In this document: positions 1-10,614 of the stretch, piece after piece
Layout of the letters: the number at the start of each line of letters is the position of its first letter
Position numbering within the stretch: position 1 is the stretch's first letter
NCBI GenBank assembly: GCA_964291285.2
Contig: OZ219788.1
Span: forward strand, 512,001 to 576,000
Source: Alphaproteobacteria bacterium
GTDB taxonomy: Bacteria > Pseudomonadota > Alphaproteobacteria > Bin95
Direction: 5' to 3'
DNA length: 64,000 nt
The notes under the pieces: model-generated
What the model was told of the DNA's origin: nothing
The model's input: only the letters and a program-made list of their open reading frames with translations
Database searches by the model: none
Program-made: the position numbers and the translations under genes

Positions 1-717
1 CGGCGGCTTGCCCGCAACCGCGATACAGGGACCGCACGGACGCCGGAAGGTGTTCCGATCGTCGAGGCGTCGCGGCAGGCGTGGGAAGGAGGCCGGGCCG
101 GCAACGGCGCGCTGATGCGGTGTGCGCCGCTCGCGATCCGGTGGCATGACGATCCGCATCGGCTGGTGCGGGAGAGCGTGCTCTCGGCCGTGCCAACGCA
201 CTGGGACTGGCGCTGTGGCTGGTCCTGCGCGCTTGCGAACCTGGCCTGCGCCGCCGCGCTGCATGGCGAAACACTGTCTGCGGAAGCCCTGTTGCGGTCG
301 GCGCGGGACGGTATGGCGGCATCCCTGCCTGCGCTCCGCGATTACGGCTACCGCGCCGAAATTCCGTCATCGGTATCGGAAGCGGTGACCCTGGCGTCGC
401 GGTCCACGATGGACGATCTGGGGTTCGACGGCGACGACATGGGCTTCACGCTTCTGTCCCTCCAGGCGGCGCTGCTCTCGTACTGGCAGGCGGAAGACTT
501 CGAGTCCGGTTTGCGCAAGGCCGTCGAGGCGGGTGGCGATACGGACACCAACGGCGCCATTGTCGGCGCGGTGCTCGGGGCGCGGTTCGGCCTCGCGGCA
601 ATCCCCGAACGCTGGCGGCGCCGGGTAGACGGGATCAGGACGGGGCGCGTGTCGATGGAGGCCTGCGCCGAACGGCTGGCGGCCCGGCGGACATCAACGA
701 ATGTGCATACGTCTTGA
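1..717 (+). CDS. ADP-ribosylglycohydrolase (DraG/ARH family), 5' end outside window
   Basis: Frame open from base 1; motifs GNGALMRCAP and GGDTDTNGAIVGAVLGA. Confidence 0.9.
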   Translation, partial: RRLARNRDTGTARTPEGVPIVEASRQAWEGGRAGNGALMRCAPLAIRWHDDPHRLVRESVLSAVPTHWDWRCGWSCALANLACAAALHGETLSAEALLRSARDGMAASLPALRDYGYRAEIPSSVSEAVTLASRSTMDDLGFDGDDMGFTLLSLQAALLSYWQAEDFESGLRKAVEAGGDTDTNGAIVGAVLGARFGLAAIPERWRRRVDGIRTGRVSMEACAERLAARRTSTNVHTS

Positions 718-1373
718 CCGTCGCCAGCACCTTTCCCGATACGCGGCGCGATCATTGTCGTGAATGATTTCTGAGGGCCCCGACGGCTGGAATGGAGAGC
801 TTCGCCCAACTTGGGAGAGGCGCGCTGTCGGTGACGCCTGTCGGGCCATGGTCCTGGGAGGCCCGAAACCTTTCCTGCTCCTGCGAATATCGGATTTCGG
901 GAAATTTCGGGTGAGCGCAGGGGCGATCAGGCGCTTCCCGCCCTGCGTTGGCCATGCCCTGCCCCTATTGTTCCGAAATGAGACGGAAAGTCTCGTCGCC
1001 CGGCCAGAGGCCTCGTTCCATGGCCAGTTCTGAGGTTGAGAGCATGACGGCGGCACGGGAGAACCCGGGCGGCGTTCTACTGTCCGCACGGTCGCAAACG
1101 GACCGCCCTGAAGTCAATTTGCAACGGCGTGCCAAGCAATGAGAGAGGTGCGCCGTTCGGGGCGGCTTGTCGGACCGGAGCCCCGGGAGGCTCGGGATTT
1201 CTCTTGCCCTGATATCCCGGTGGCATTTGGGATGAAGCGGGCATCCGCCTCTCAGGAGAACGACTGGGAATCTTCCATGGCCAATTCATGAAGACGTTGG
1301 ACGTTGCATTCGGGCGATTTGCCTGCCCTGTCCAGCTATGCACCAGCTCCGCAGTAGCTTGTATCGCTACCGA

Positions 1374-1562
1374 TCAGCCCGCGCTGAGCCCGCCGCCTTC
1401 GGAGCGGTCGACGCGCTGCTCCTGGGTCGTTTCTTGCACCTGCCGGGGCGTCTGAACCGGCTTCGGCGGGTTCAGGATACGTGCGCGGCGGGTCTCGTCG
1501 CTCCATTCGGCGCGGAAGCATCCGCGCGCGGTGACCGCGGCGACCGTCCTCTCGATATCGCT
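1374..1562 (-). pseudogene. 3' remnant of a gene cut by IS1634; C-terminus resembles relaxase/Mob tails
   Basis: Open frame SDIERTVAAV...QETTQEQRVDRSEGGGLSAG* begins exactly at the IS boundary and has no start codon. Confidence 0.3.
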
Positions 1563-1586
1563 CCTGACTTCGACGGTTGATTCGGG

Positions 1587-1599
1587 TAAGTAGTTGATA
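1587..1599 (-). promoter_or_regulatory. IHF-like binding site in the IS1634a end
   Basis: TAAGTAGTTGATA is the reverse complement of a full match to WATCAANNNNTTR. Confidence 0.5.
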
Positions 1600-1672
1600 T
1601 TGTCCGGTTCTCATTTCCGGCCAGGCACTACATTCGGCATTTCTTCGAGTTCTGGCCGGGCGTGGCTGTGGG

Positions 1673-3328
1673 TCAGGCGAGCAGGTACGGGGTGATTGTC
1701 AGGGGCAACCCCAAGGTGGCGTAGATCTGTTCCGCCGCGGGTGTGGGCTTCGAGGGGATGACGTAGCGGTTTCCCGATTGCCGGCAGCGCAGCACGGAGC
1801 ATTGGCGGTGGACGAGGGCGGAGCGGATGACCTCCGGGGACATCCTCTGCTTCTGGATGGCGACGCGGTATGCGAGGTGGCGGACACAGGCGAAGGCCAT
1901 GAAGGCGATGGCGATGTGGGCGCGGATGCGGTCCGGGTTCCAGTGCCATATGGGCCGCACCCGGAGGTCGTGCCTGGTGATGCGGAAGCTTTCCTCGACC
2001 TGCCAGAGCCCGTGGTAGTGGGACATCACTTCGGTGACGCTGGCGTCGCGCAGATTGGTGATGACGCCGGCGAGCCCGTCCCATTGCTCGGCCTCGGCGA
2101 TCTTCTCCGGGTTCACCGTGAGCCGGGCGTCGCCCTCGACGGCGATGAAGCGCTTCATTCCATGGTTGGAGAGCAGCTCCTTGGGATTGTTGCTGCGGGT
2201 CAGCCTGCCGAGCAGGCGCTGCACCTGCTTGCGGCGCTCGTGCGCGTCCTTGCGCGCGCGCTTGGGGCAGAAGACGACGATCAGGCGTCGGCCCTTGTAT
2301 TCCCATTCGCCGACCCGGCGGTTCTCCGGGCCCTCCAGCGGGGCATAGGCGTCCGGGTCGAGAAGCTGCTTGCGCAGGGCGAGCGGCAGCTTGCGCAGCC
2401 GCGCGCCGACGACATACGCGCCGCCGATCCTGTCCATGGCGTCGAGGTTGTCGGCGCTCAGCATGCCCCGATCGGCCACGCACACCATGCGCTCCACCTG
2501 GTGGCGGCGCTGCATGTCCCGCAGGACCGGGACCAGGCTGTGCCCCTCGTAGGTGGCGCCGGGGAAGACCTCGTAGCCGATCGGCAGGCCTTCGCGCGTC
2601 ACCATCAGCGCCAGCAGGATCTGCGTGTCCTTGTGCTTGCCGTCCTTGCTGAAGCCGTGCTGGCGAAGTTCGTCCTCAACCGCGCTCTCGAAGGAGAGCG
2701 TGGTGCAGTCGAAGAAGAGGATCGCGACCGGCTCCGGCAGCAGCGACCGGCTCGCCTCGCCGACCCGCGTGCGCAGACGCTCGATCACGGGCGCGTCGAG
2801 CTGGTCCATCATCCGGTAGACCTTCTCGAGCGGCAGGCTCACGCCGAAGTCCTCCTCGAGCCGGCGCACGCTGCCCCGCTTGCTGTCGGGGTTGGCGATC
2901 CGCGCCATCACCAGGTGGAACAGCGCGTCGTGCGAGGCGCGGTAGCGCGAACGCGGCAGCAGCGTGTCCAGGCCCAGCAGGCGGTACATCTCGCCGTAGA
3001 CCTCGTGCACGCCGGTGACCAGGCGCTGCTCCTCCTCGATCTGCTTGAGGTCGACCGGGAGTTCCTGCTTGCCGTCGCCCCGGCGACCGACGCGGATCAC
3101 CTGCCCGGCGATCTTCTCGGGCGCAAACAGCAAGGGCTGGCGCTCGTCCTCCAGCTTCGCCTTGACATACGCGCCGAGCTGCCTCAGGCGCTCGAGCTCG
3201 TCCTCGTCCATGGCCACGCCGATGTGGCGCACGATGCGCTGGCGCACCTTGCCGCCGTCGCGCACCGCCTCGACCAGCTGGACCGAGCGGCGCGGGCTGT
3301 TGGGCGTGGACTTGATGCGAACGAACAT
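1673..3328 (-). CDS. IS1634-family DDE transposase
   Basis: 551 aa; N-terminal MFVR..VQLVEAVRDGGKVRQR, FFDCTT, GFSKDGK, VADRGM, WQVEESFR, RIRAHI. Confidence 0.92.
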   Translation of the reverse strand: MFVRIKSTPNSPRRSVQLVEAVRDGGKVRQRIVRHIGVAMDEDELERLRQLGAYVKAKLEDERQPLLFAPEKIAGQVIRVGRRGDGKQELPVDLKQIEEEQRLVTGVHEVYGEMYRLLGLDTLLPRSRYRASHDALFHLVMARIANPDSKRGSVRRLEEDFGVSLPLEKVYRMMDQLDAPVIERLRTRVGEASRSLLPEPVAILFFDCTTLSFESAVEDELRQHGFSKDGKHKDTQILLALMVTREGLPIGYEVFPGATYEGHSLVPVLRDMQRRHQVERMVCVADRGMLSADNLDAMDRIGGAYVVGARLRKLPLALRKQLLDPDAYAPLEGPENRRVGEWEYKGRRLIVVFCPKRARKDAHERRKQVQRLLGRLTRSNNPKELLSNHGMKRFIAVEGDARLTVNPEKIAEAEQWDGLAGVITNLRDASVTEVMSHYHGLWQVEESFRITRHDLRVRPIWHWNPDRIRAHIAIAFMAFACVRHLAYRVAIQKQRMSPEVIRSALVHRQCSVLRCRQSGNRYVIPSKPTPAAEQIYATLGLPLTITPYLLA

Positions 3329-3698
3329 GGGCCGGAGTATAGCCCGCGGCGAAGATATCCGAAATCAAATATAATCACTAGGCACTACAATCCAACGCAA
3401 CTGCAACGCAACTGCCAAGTCATTGGCTTCGCTGAAAACTCCAGACGCAACATCAGCCGAAATCCGGCTCAACCGTCGAAGTCAGGCGGGTTTTGCAATC
3501 GCGCGGGGAATTCGGCTTCAACAGGAATTGAGTCTGCTGGACTGCTACATCGAGAGCGCCGTTGCGCGCCATTCGCACCACCTGGGCGCGGGGCTCTCCC
3601 TCGGCCTTGAGGGCGCGCACCGGCCGGGTCCGGCTCCCGAGACAGCCTCGTGTTGCACGGCGCGCTGCGATGGCAGGAGAACGCCCGGTAGTGGCGCG

Positions 3699-4844
3699 TC
3701 AGGTCTCCAGCACGGCGTTCATGGCCTGCCCGACGCGTTCCGCGGCGGCTTCGATGTCGCGGTCGGCGATATGGGCGTAGCGCAGCGTCATGCGCACATC
3801 GGAATGTCCGAGCAGGCGGGAGACGACCGGGACGGGCACGCCGTTCATCACCGCATGACTGGCCATGGTATGGCGCAGGTCGTGGAGGCGGACATCCCCG
3901 ATCCCGGCTTCGCGTCTGACGCGGTACCAGAGCGGCAGGTCCGGGCTGCGCGGGCGGGCGGGGTCGCGCGGCGAGGGAAACACGAACGCGCTGCCCGTGC
4001 GCGTCTGCCGGTAGAGGATAGCGCGGGCCTGTCTGTTGAGTGGAACCGTTCTCGGTCCGGTCTTGGCATCGGTGAGCGCCAGCCCGTCCTCGCGGACTTC
4101 CGACCAGCCGAGGCCCGTGATCTCGCTTCTGCGGCAGCCGGTCAGCAGCAGGAGGCGGATAATGTCGGCCTGCCGCCGCGCACCCTGCCGGGTCTGCGCG
4201 TCCAGGGCGGCATGGAGGCGTGCGAGTTCCTCCCGGGACAGGAACCGTGTGAGTGCCGGGCGGCGGTTCCTTCTCATGTGCCTGGCCGGATTGACCTCGA
4301 CATGACCGCAGGCGAGGGCGAAGTTCATGATCTGGTGAAGGAGGGTGAAAGCGCGGTTGGCGCCGCCGGGTGCGGTCCGGCTGTAGCGGTCGAACCACTG
4401 CCGGACATGGCCCGGCGCAATGCGGTCGAGCGGCTTCGAGCCGAATGCGGGAAGCAATTGTCGCCGGAGTATCCCGGACGCGGTTTGCTGGCCCGACGGC
4501 TTGTAGCGGTCGAAGTGTGCCTGCTTCCACGAACCCGCGACGAAATCCCGGAACAGCGGGGCCGCGCCGGGCGGCGCGGCTGTCTCCTCCGGCTGCGGGG
4601 CCGCCTGGCGCTCGAGAGCCTCCCGGCGGGCTTCGGCGGCGCTCTTCACGCCAACCGGGCCGAGCGAGACGCGCTTCGTGCGCCCGCCGCTGTCGAGCAG
4701 CAGCACCCAGCTGCGCCCGCCGGTGGGCCGCACCCGGACGCCAAGGCCGGCGATGCGCGTGTCCCAGACCGTATATTCCCGCTCGCGGGGGCGGAAACGG
4801 GCGACGGCGGCGTCGGTGAGTTTCATCCGTTCCCGGCCCGCCAT
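3699..4844 (-). CDS. Tyrosine recombinase/integrase with arm-binding N-terminal domain (second of pair)
   Basis: VWDTRIAGLGVRVRPTG; catalytic R (TGCRRSE), K (DAKTG), HDLRH, LGH, Y (MTLRY); ATG overlaps upstream TGA (TGATG). Confidence 0.9.
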   Translation of the reverse strand: MAGRERMKLTDAAVARFRPREREYTVWDTRIAGLGVRVRPTGGRSWVLLLDSGGRTKRVSLGPVGVKSAAEARREALERQAAPQPEETAAPPGAAPLFRDFVAGSWKQAHFDRYKPSGQQTASGILRRQLLPAFGSKPLDRIAPGHVRQWFDRYSRTAPGGANRAFTLLHQIMNFALACGHVEVNPARHMRRNRRPALTRFLSREELARLHAALDAQTRQGARRQADIIRLLLLTGCRRSEITGLGWSEVREDGLALTDAKTGPRTVPLNRQARAILYRQTRTGSAFVFPSPRDPARPRSPDLPLWYRVRREAGIGDVRLHDLRHTMASHAVMNGVPVPVVSRLLGHSDVRMTLRYAHIADRDIEAAAERVGQAMNAVLET

Positions 4845-5968
4845 CAGCCTGCCTCCAGCGCGGCGCCGACGGTCTCGGCTGCGTCCTGCACCATGGCGTC
4901 GGCGACATGGGTGTATTTCAGCGTGGTTTCCGGCCTGCGGTGGCCCAGCAGCCGGCCGATGGCGAGCACCGTCTCGCCCTGCCTGAGGGCAAGGCTCGCA
5001 TGCGTATGACGCAGGTCGTGAAGGCGGGCGTCCTCCAGGTGCGCCTCGGCGCGGACCCTGCGCCAGAAGTGGTCCAGCCAGCACCCGCTCCGGGGCCGGT
5101 CGCCCCGAGATGCGGGGAATATCCATCGCCCCTTACGCTCGAGACGATCAAGCACCGTCCGGGCCGGCTCCGACAGCCAGACGGTTCTCGGCCCCGTCTT
5201 GGAATCGCGGAGAAACAGGCGGCCTTCGCGGTAATCGGACCATTGCAGGGTGAGGATCTCGCCCTTGCGGCAGCCGGTCAGCAGCAGCAGGCGGATGGCG
5301 GCAACATGCTGCGGCCAGCGGGCCTCATGCGCCTTGAGCCTCGCGGACAGGCGGCGGATTTCCTCGTCCGGGAGGAACCGCTCGCGGCCCTTGCGGCGGT
5401 AGCGCCTGATGCCCCGGCAGGGGTTGGAACCCTCCGGGCGCAGGCCCATGGCCTCCGCCTCCCTCATGATGACGGACAGCACCGGCATCGACCGGTCCGC
5501 CGCCACCGGCGTCGCGCGCAGGCGGGCGAACCAGTTCCTTACCTCCTGCCGGTCGATGTCCGCGACTTGCCGTCCCGCGAAATGCGGCAGGATCTGGCAG
5601 CGAAGATAGCTGCGGTTGACAGCGAGCGTTCCGGCCTTCCAGAGGCGCTCATACCGCCGGAAGACCGTCCCGGCGACGGCCTCGAAGACCGTCTCGTCCA
5701 GCGCAGGCGGCGCTTCCCCGCCGCGCCTGATGGCGGCAAGCATGTCCGCAGCCACGGCCCGCGCCTCGCCGATGCTCATGGACCCGGCGTCGCCGACGAT
5801 CTTCCAGATGCGCACGCCGCGATGCTGGCAGTGGATGAAGAACTGCTTGCGGCCCAAGGGCGACACCCGGACGCCGAACCCCCTGAGCCTGCCGTCGCGG
5901 ACCTCGCGGACGGACCTGCGGGGCTTGAGCGCCTTCACGCGGACCTCGGTGAGGGTAGTCTTCGCCAT
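4844..5968 (-). CDS. Tyrosine recombinase/integrase with arm-binding N-terminal domain (first of pair)
   Basis: RDGRLRGFGVRVSPLG; TGCRKGE, DSKTG, HDLRH, LGH, TTLKY. Confidence 0.9.
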   Translation of the reverse strand: MAKTTLTEVRVKALKPRRSVREVRDGRLRGFGVRVSPLGRKQFFIHCQHRGVRIWKIVGDAGSMSIGEARAVAADMLAAIRRGGEAPPALDETVFEAVAGTVFRRYERLWKAGTLAVNRSYLRCQILPHFAGRQVADIDRQEVRNWFARLRATPVAADRSMPVLSVIMREAEAMGLRPEGSNPCRGIRRYRRKGRERFLPDEEIRRLSARLKAHEARWPQHVAAIRLLLLTGCRKGEILTLQWSDYREGRLFLRDSKTGPRTVWLSEPARTVLDRLERKGRWIFPASRGDRPRSGCWLDHFWRRVRAEAHLEDARLHDLRHTHASLALRQGETVLAIGRLLGHRRPETTLKYTHVADAMVQDAAETVGAALEAG

Positions 5969-6093
5969 TGCGTTTCTCCCGGCTCCGGTTGCAGCCGGGG
6001 AACGGGCCCTTGCGACCCGCTTGCCCGACCGCTACATTTCGGGAGAAAAAACGATGCTATGTCAGGTAGTTAGCACCCACCGGTGCGGGCGCG

Positions 6094-6951
6094 GTGTGGA
6101 AGAAGGTGAAGTCGTGGTTCGGCTACGGGCTGCACCTGATCGCCGACACGGACCACGAGGTTCCTGTGGCCTTCGAGGTGACGCGGGCGTCGGCATCGGA
6201 ACCCGGGGTGCTGTCCGGGATGCTGGAGGAGTTGTTCGCCGAGGCGCCGGAGATGGCCGGGCGCTGCGCCACCTTCAGCGCCGACCGCGGTCTCGACAAC
6301 GCCCGCCTGAAGGCGCGGCTGTGGGACAGGTGGCATATCCGCCCGCTGATCGACACGCGCCTGATGTGGCGGGTCGAGAAGAAGGAGCCGGGCCATGACC
6401 CGGCCCGGCCGATCACGCGACCGCTGTTCCCCGGGCGCGCCGACGTCATCGTTCATGACGAACGCGGCCGGGTGTCCTGCGTGTGCCCGCAGACCGGCGA
6501 GGTCCGCGCCATGGCCTTCCAGGGGTTCGAGGTCGGGCGCGGCGTCTGCGGCACGCTCAAATACCGCTGCCCCGCAGCCGCCTTCGGCTTCGAGTGCAAG
6601 GGACGCCGGGCCTGCCATCGGGCGGGTGGGGTGAAGTCCGGCGAATACGGCCGCATCCTGCGCGTCGACCTCGACAGCCATGACCGGCGTATCTTCACGC
6701 CCACGCCCTGGGGCAGCCCGTCATGGCGGCGCGGATACAACCGGCGCACCGCCATGGAGCGGATCAACGCCCGCCTCGACCGCAGCTTCAACTTCGAGAC
6801 CCATTACATCCGCGGACGCGCGAAGATGAAGACCCGCATCGGGCTGGCCCTGGCGGTCATGATGGCCATGGCGCTTGCACAGGCCCGCGCCGGACGCGTC
6901 GCACGCATGCGCTCCCTGGTCGGCCCGGCGCCATACCTCGATACCGGCTGA
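6094..6951 (+). pseudogene. 5'-truncated DDE transposase (IS5/IS1182-like)
   Basis: Begins mid-domain at SWFGYGLHLIAD; ADRGLD and YNRRTAMERINARL motifs; N-terminal half absent. Confidence 0.75.
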
Positions 6952-6967
6952 TACCAGCGGGCATAGT

Positions 6968-7545
6968 TCAGAACCCATTGGCCCATTTTCGGGTTCCGAT
7001 GGAGGCGATGCGTTCTGGTTGTGAGACGAGATTGTTCCAGGCCTGGCAGCAGTGATCGAGTATGTCGTCGTAGTTCTGGAAGACGCGGTTCGAGAGCCAA
7101 TTTTCGCGCATGAACTGCCAGACATTCTCGACGGGATTGAGCTCGGGGGACCGGGGCGGGAGCGGCATCAGGGTTATGTTGTCGGGGACTTTGAGGGCCG
7201 GGGATGTGTGCCATCCGGCCCGGTCGAGCATGACGAGGGCATGGGCTCCGGGTTCAACGGTGAGGGCGACCTCGGCGAGGTGGGCGTTGAGTGCCTCCGT
7301 GTTGGCGTGGGGCATGACGAGGCCGGCGGCCTTGCCCTTCTGCGGGCATATGGCGCCGAAGATGTAGGCCGAGATGGTTCTCTGGTCCTTGGGCGCTGAC
7401 GGTCGGGTGCCGCGTTTAGCCCATCGCCGGGTGATCTTGTTCTTCTGCCCGACGCGCGCCTCGTCCTGCCACCAGACTTCGACCTCGACGCCGTCGCCGA
7501 GTGCAGCGCGGATCTCCTTCAGGCGGTCGGGGAAGTTTTTTTGAA
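6968..7545 (-). pseudogene. IS630-family transposase, DDE half only
   Basis: WWQDEARVGQK, LDRAGWH, SPELNPVENVW; A7 slippery run at 7536-7542; upstream HTH half replaced by IS1380. Confidence 0.88.
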
Positions 7546-7603
7546 CCTAAATCCGGCAGTTGAGTATGGCGTGGCCTTGCCGAATCCCTTGTAGTCTTCG
7601 GGT

Positions 7604-8485
7604 ATGAGCGTCTTTTCAGGGGCCGAAGAGGCTCACCCTGTGGGTGATTATCCTGGCGCTGTGCGGGATGTCGCCCGAGCGTTCGTGAAGGTGGACACCT
7701 TCGGCGGCGCGGTTCATGTGGAATGGGACCCTGATGCGGCGGTGACGCCGCTGGGCCATCTGGCGTTTTTCGCGGAATAGCTGAAGGTGAGCGGTCGCTT
7801 TGACGCTTTGGTTGCGGACTGCCCGCTGCGGTACACGAGCCCGAACGCGCCGTCGAAGCGGGATGTCCCGGGGACGGTTCTTCTGTCGGTTCTGGCGGGG
7901 CAGTCCCGCTATGCGCACATCACGTCGCTGCGCGGCGACGGGGTGAACCCTGCGCTGCTGGGTATGGACAAGGTTGCGAGCGAGGATTCGGTGCGGCGCG
8001 GTCTGGAGCGGATCGGTGCGGATGTCGGCACATCGTGGCTTCAGGGCCATCTGGACGAGGTGGTCCGTCCGCTGCTGAGGGAGCCGTGGGTTCTGGACTG
8101 CGACACGACGATCAAGGCGCTTTACGGTCGTCAGGAGGGAGCGGTTGTGAGCTACAACCCGAAGAAGCCGGGCCGCCCCTCGCATGCCTGCCATGCGTTC
8201 CTGATGGCGGGGACGCGGCTTGTTCTGGATGTCGAGGTGGCGCCGGGCAACCATCACCATTCGAGGCGCGCGGCGCCGTCCTTGTGGGCGTTGCTCGACC
8301 GTCTTGGGCGGGATCGCTGGCCGCGTCTGGTGCGGGGCGACAAGGACTGGGGCAGCGAGGCCAACATGGCGTCGTGCGAGGCTGCGGGTCCGGACTATCT
8401 GTTCAAGCTGCGCCTGACGAAGGGGGCGCGCCGGCTTGCCGGGCGGCTGATGGCGCGGGACGGCTGGAAGGATGCGGGCCAGGGC
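7604..8485 (+). pseudogene. IS1380-family transposase with an internal stop, truncated by IS21
   Basis: VDTFGGAVHVEWD, YTSPNAP, LDCDTTIK, SYNPKKPGRPSH; in-frame TAG at 7778-7780; ends at the IS21 IR; element probably starts at CC 7546. Confidence 0.82.
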
Positions 8486-8700
8486 TGTCAATGGCAGCCG
8501 AAAATTGCGCATTTTTGGCAAGTGAAAATTGCTCACTTTTGTCTTTGATCCCTTTCGCCCGGCACGGTGCTTGGGGGGTGGGCCTCGATGGAGCTTTGGG
8601 TAACCGGGTTGGCGCAGCGACCGCCGCGAGTCTGGCGGCGACAACCCGGTTATCCATAGCGGGCGGCGGTCACCGTTGCCGTTTTTGCTCCGGGCGGGGA

Positions 8701-9498
8701 TCACGCGGCGGCCCTCTTGCGTCGCCGGTCCGAGCCGGACTGCAGCAGGTTCTGATGATCGCGCATCCGGTAGGAGTTCCCCCGGATGTTGACGATGTGG
8801 CAGTGGTGGACCAGGCGGTCGATGAGAGCCGCCGCCATGACCTCGTCGCCGAGCACGCCGCCCCAGTCCTCGAAGCCCTTGTTCGAGGTCAGCACGGTCG
8901 ATGCCTTCTCGTGCCTGGCGTTGATGAGCTGGAAGAAGAGCACGGCGCCGTCCTGGTTGACGGGCAGGTAGCCGATCTCGTCGACCACCAGCAGCGCCGG
9001 GTGTGTGAGCACGCGCAGCCGGTGGGACAGGTTGCCGGCGGCCTTGGCCTCGGTGAGGGAGTCGATCAGCCCTGCGAGCGTGCCGTAGTAGACGCGCCGT
9101 CCAGCTTCGGCCGCGGCGATCGCGAGGCTTATGGCCAGATGCGTTTTGCCGACCCCGGGCGGACCAAGCAGGATCACGTTCTCGCGGCGGTCGACGAAGC
9201 CGAGCTCGTGCAGGCTCTCGATCTGCTCGCGCTTGATGCTGGGCTGGAAGGCGAAGTCGAACTGGTCGAGCGTCTTCACCGCGGGCAGCCTGGACGAGCG
9301 CATGGCGGTCTGGAGCCTGCGGTTGTTGCGGAGCACGATCTGGGCGTTCAGCAACTGCTGGATGGCCTCGGCCGCGGTGATCGAGCCGCCGTCGGCTTCG
9401 GACAGGATGCCGTCGACGGCCTCCAGCGCGCCGGGCATCTTCAGGTCGGCCAGCATCGCCCGCAGCCTGTCGCGCCGGCTCGGCGCCGGGGGCTTCAT
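8701..9498 (-). CDS. istB: IS21 helper AAA+ ATPase IstB
   Basis: Walker A GPPGVGKTHLA, Walker B LLVVDEIGY, LTSNK, IDRLVHH, GNSYR. Confidence 0.92.
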   Translation of the reverse strand: MKPPAPSRRDRLRAMLADLKMPGALEAVDGILSEADGGSITAAEAIQQLLNAQIVLRNNRRLQTAMRSSRLPAVKTLDQFDFAFQPSIKREQIESLHELGFVDRRENVILLGPPGVGKTHLAISLAIAAAEAGRRVYYGTLAGLIDSLTEAKAAGNLSHRLRVLTHPALLVVDEIGYLPVNQDGAVLFFQLINARHEKASTVLTSNKGFEDWGGVLGDEVMAAALIDRLVHHCHIVNIRGNSYRMRDHQNLLQSGSDRRRKRAAA

Positions 9499-10233
9499 TG
9501 CAGCGCCTCCGCATAGACGCTGAGCGGGCGCCGTTCGACCTCCACACTTGTCGGAAAGCGCCGTCGTGCGGGCTCCGGAGCCTGGCGGAGGCCGAGACGC
9601 CGGTAGGGAGAGATGGCCAGGGGGCGAAGCGCCGCCCGTTCGTCGCGCTCGAAGCGGTCGACGGGGCGTTCCCCGGTCGTGGCGTGCCGGCGAACGTTGG
9701 CCGTACCCTCCAGCCAGCCCGCGGCCTGTTGGTTGAGATCGTCGTCGTTCGCGAAGCTGCGTCCGTAGAAGAAGCTCTCGCGGATGTAGCGGATCGGACG
9801 CTCCACCTTGCCCTTCGTCCGGGCCCGACAGGGGCGGCACGAGCGGGGCATGAACCCCCAGTGCGTGGCGAAGCGCAGGAACTCCGCGTTGAGCACCAGG
9901 CCGCCGGCGCCGGTGCGGTCGTCGGACAGCACCACCGCGCGCATCTGGTCGAACAGCAGCTCCTCCGGAACCCCGCCGAACCGACCGAAGGCGCTCTCCA
10001 GTCCCTCCATCAGCACTGCCATCGTCTGCCGGGGGAAGAACCGCAGCCACAGAAGCCGGGAGTAGCCCAGCACCACCACCAGGGCATGACGCCGGCCCCA
10101 GGGAAGCCGGAACGTCCCGAAGTCCACCTGGCCCTGGCGACCCGCCGGCGTCTCGAACCGCACCACCGCCTCGACCGGCTCGCGCGGCCGCGTCGCACGC
10201 ACATAGTCCAGCACGCGGCGATAGCCGCCCGGG
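9495..10233 (-). pseudogene. istA: IS21 transposase IstA, 5'-truncated
   Basis: RFETPAGRQGQVDF, LGYSR, KGKVERPIRY; N-terminal HTH lost at the IS21b insertion point. Confidence 0.88.
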
Positions 10234-10614
10234 TGTAGGTGACGGTCGTAAAAGGCGCTTATTTGCTGGCGTTGCGCGTTTTTGCGGGGCGTGATGATCG
10301 CAGTGATTGTGGTGCGGCGGTGTTTGTGACGGGGGCCTGGGACGGAAGGAGGGCGTAGCCCGACTGGAGTCGCCGGCCCCCGTCGCGTTGATATTTTCGC
10401 CTGCCGAGGGGAGGGTGTCCTGGCGCTGTCGGCGGGGGTCGCCGGGCTGCGCGAGGGGGTAGACTGGGGCTGCTGAGAACGATGCGGCGCCGGCCCCGTT
10501 TGCTAGGTGGCAACGACCGGCGCCGCACCCCCCGAGCCATGCAAGGCACGGCCCGTATGCGCAGTATCGTAGGCGTTCGGGCGTGGGTCCACCCCGTTCT
10601 CATCGGTCTTTGCG

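Larger units (their letters stand above)
1563..3486 (-). mobile_element. IS1634-family insertion sequence (copy a)
   Basis: Perfect 18-bp terminal IRs CCTGACTTCGACGGTTGA (1563-1580) / TCAACCGTCGAAGTCAGG (3469-3486) around a DDE transposase; no target-site duplication visible. Confidence 0.9.
8486..10233 (-). mobile_element. IS21-family element (copy a), one end missing
   Basis: TGTCAA terminus at 8486 with tandem GAAAATTGCnCA repeats (8500, 8524); istB plus partial istA. Confidence 0.85.

Noticed and set aside
720-1370. Short ORFs and a CCATGGCCARTTC repeat (1018, 1275)
   Set aside because: No recognisable motifs and stops in the plausible frames; probably decayed sequence
7778-7780. In-frame TAG in the IS1380 transposase as possible recoding
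   Set aside because: The element is also truncated and TAG is used as a normal stop elsewhere in the window; a simple nonsense mutation suffices
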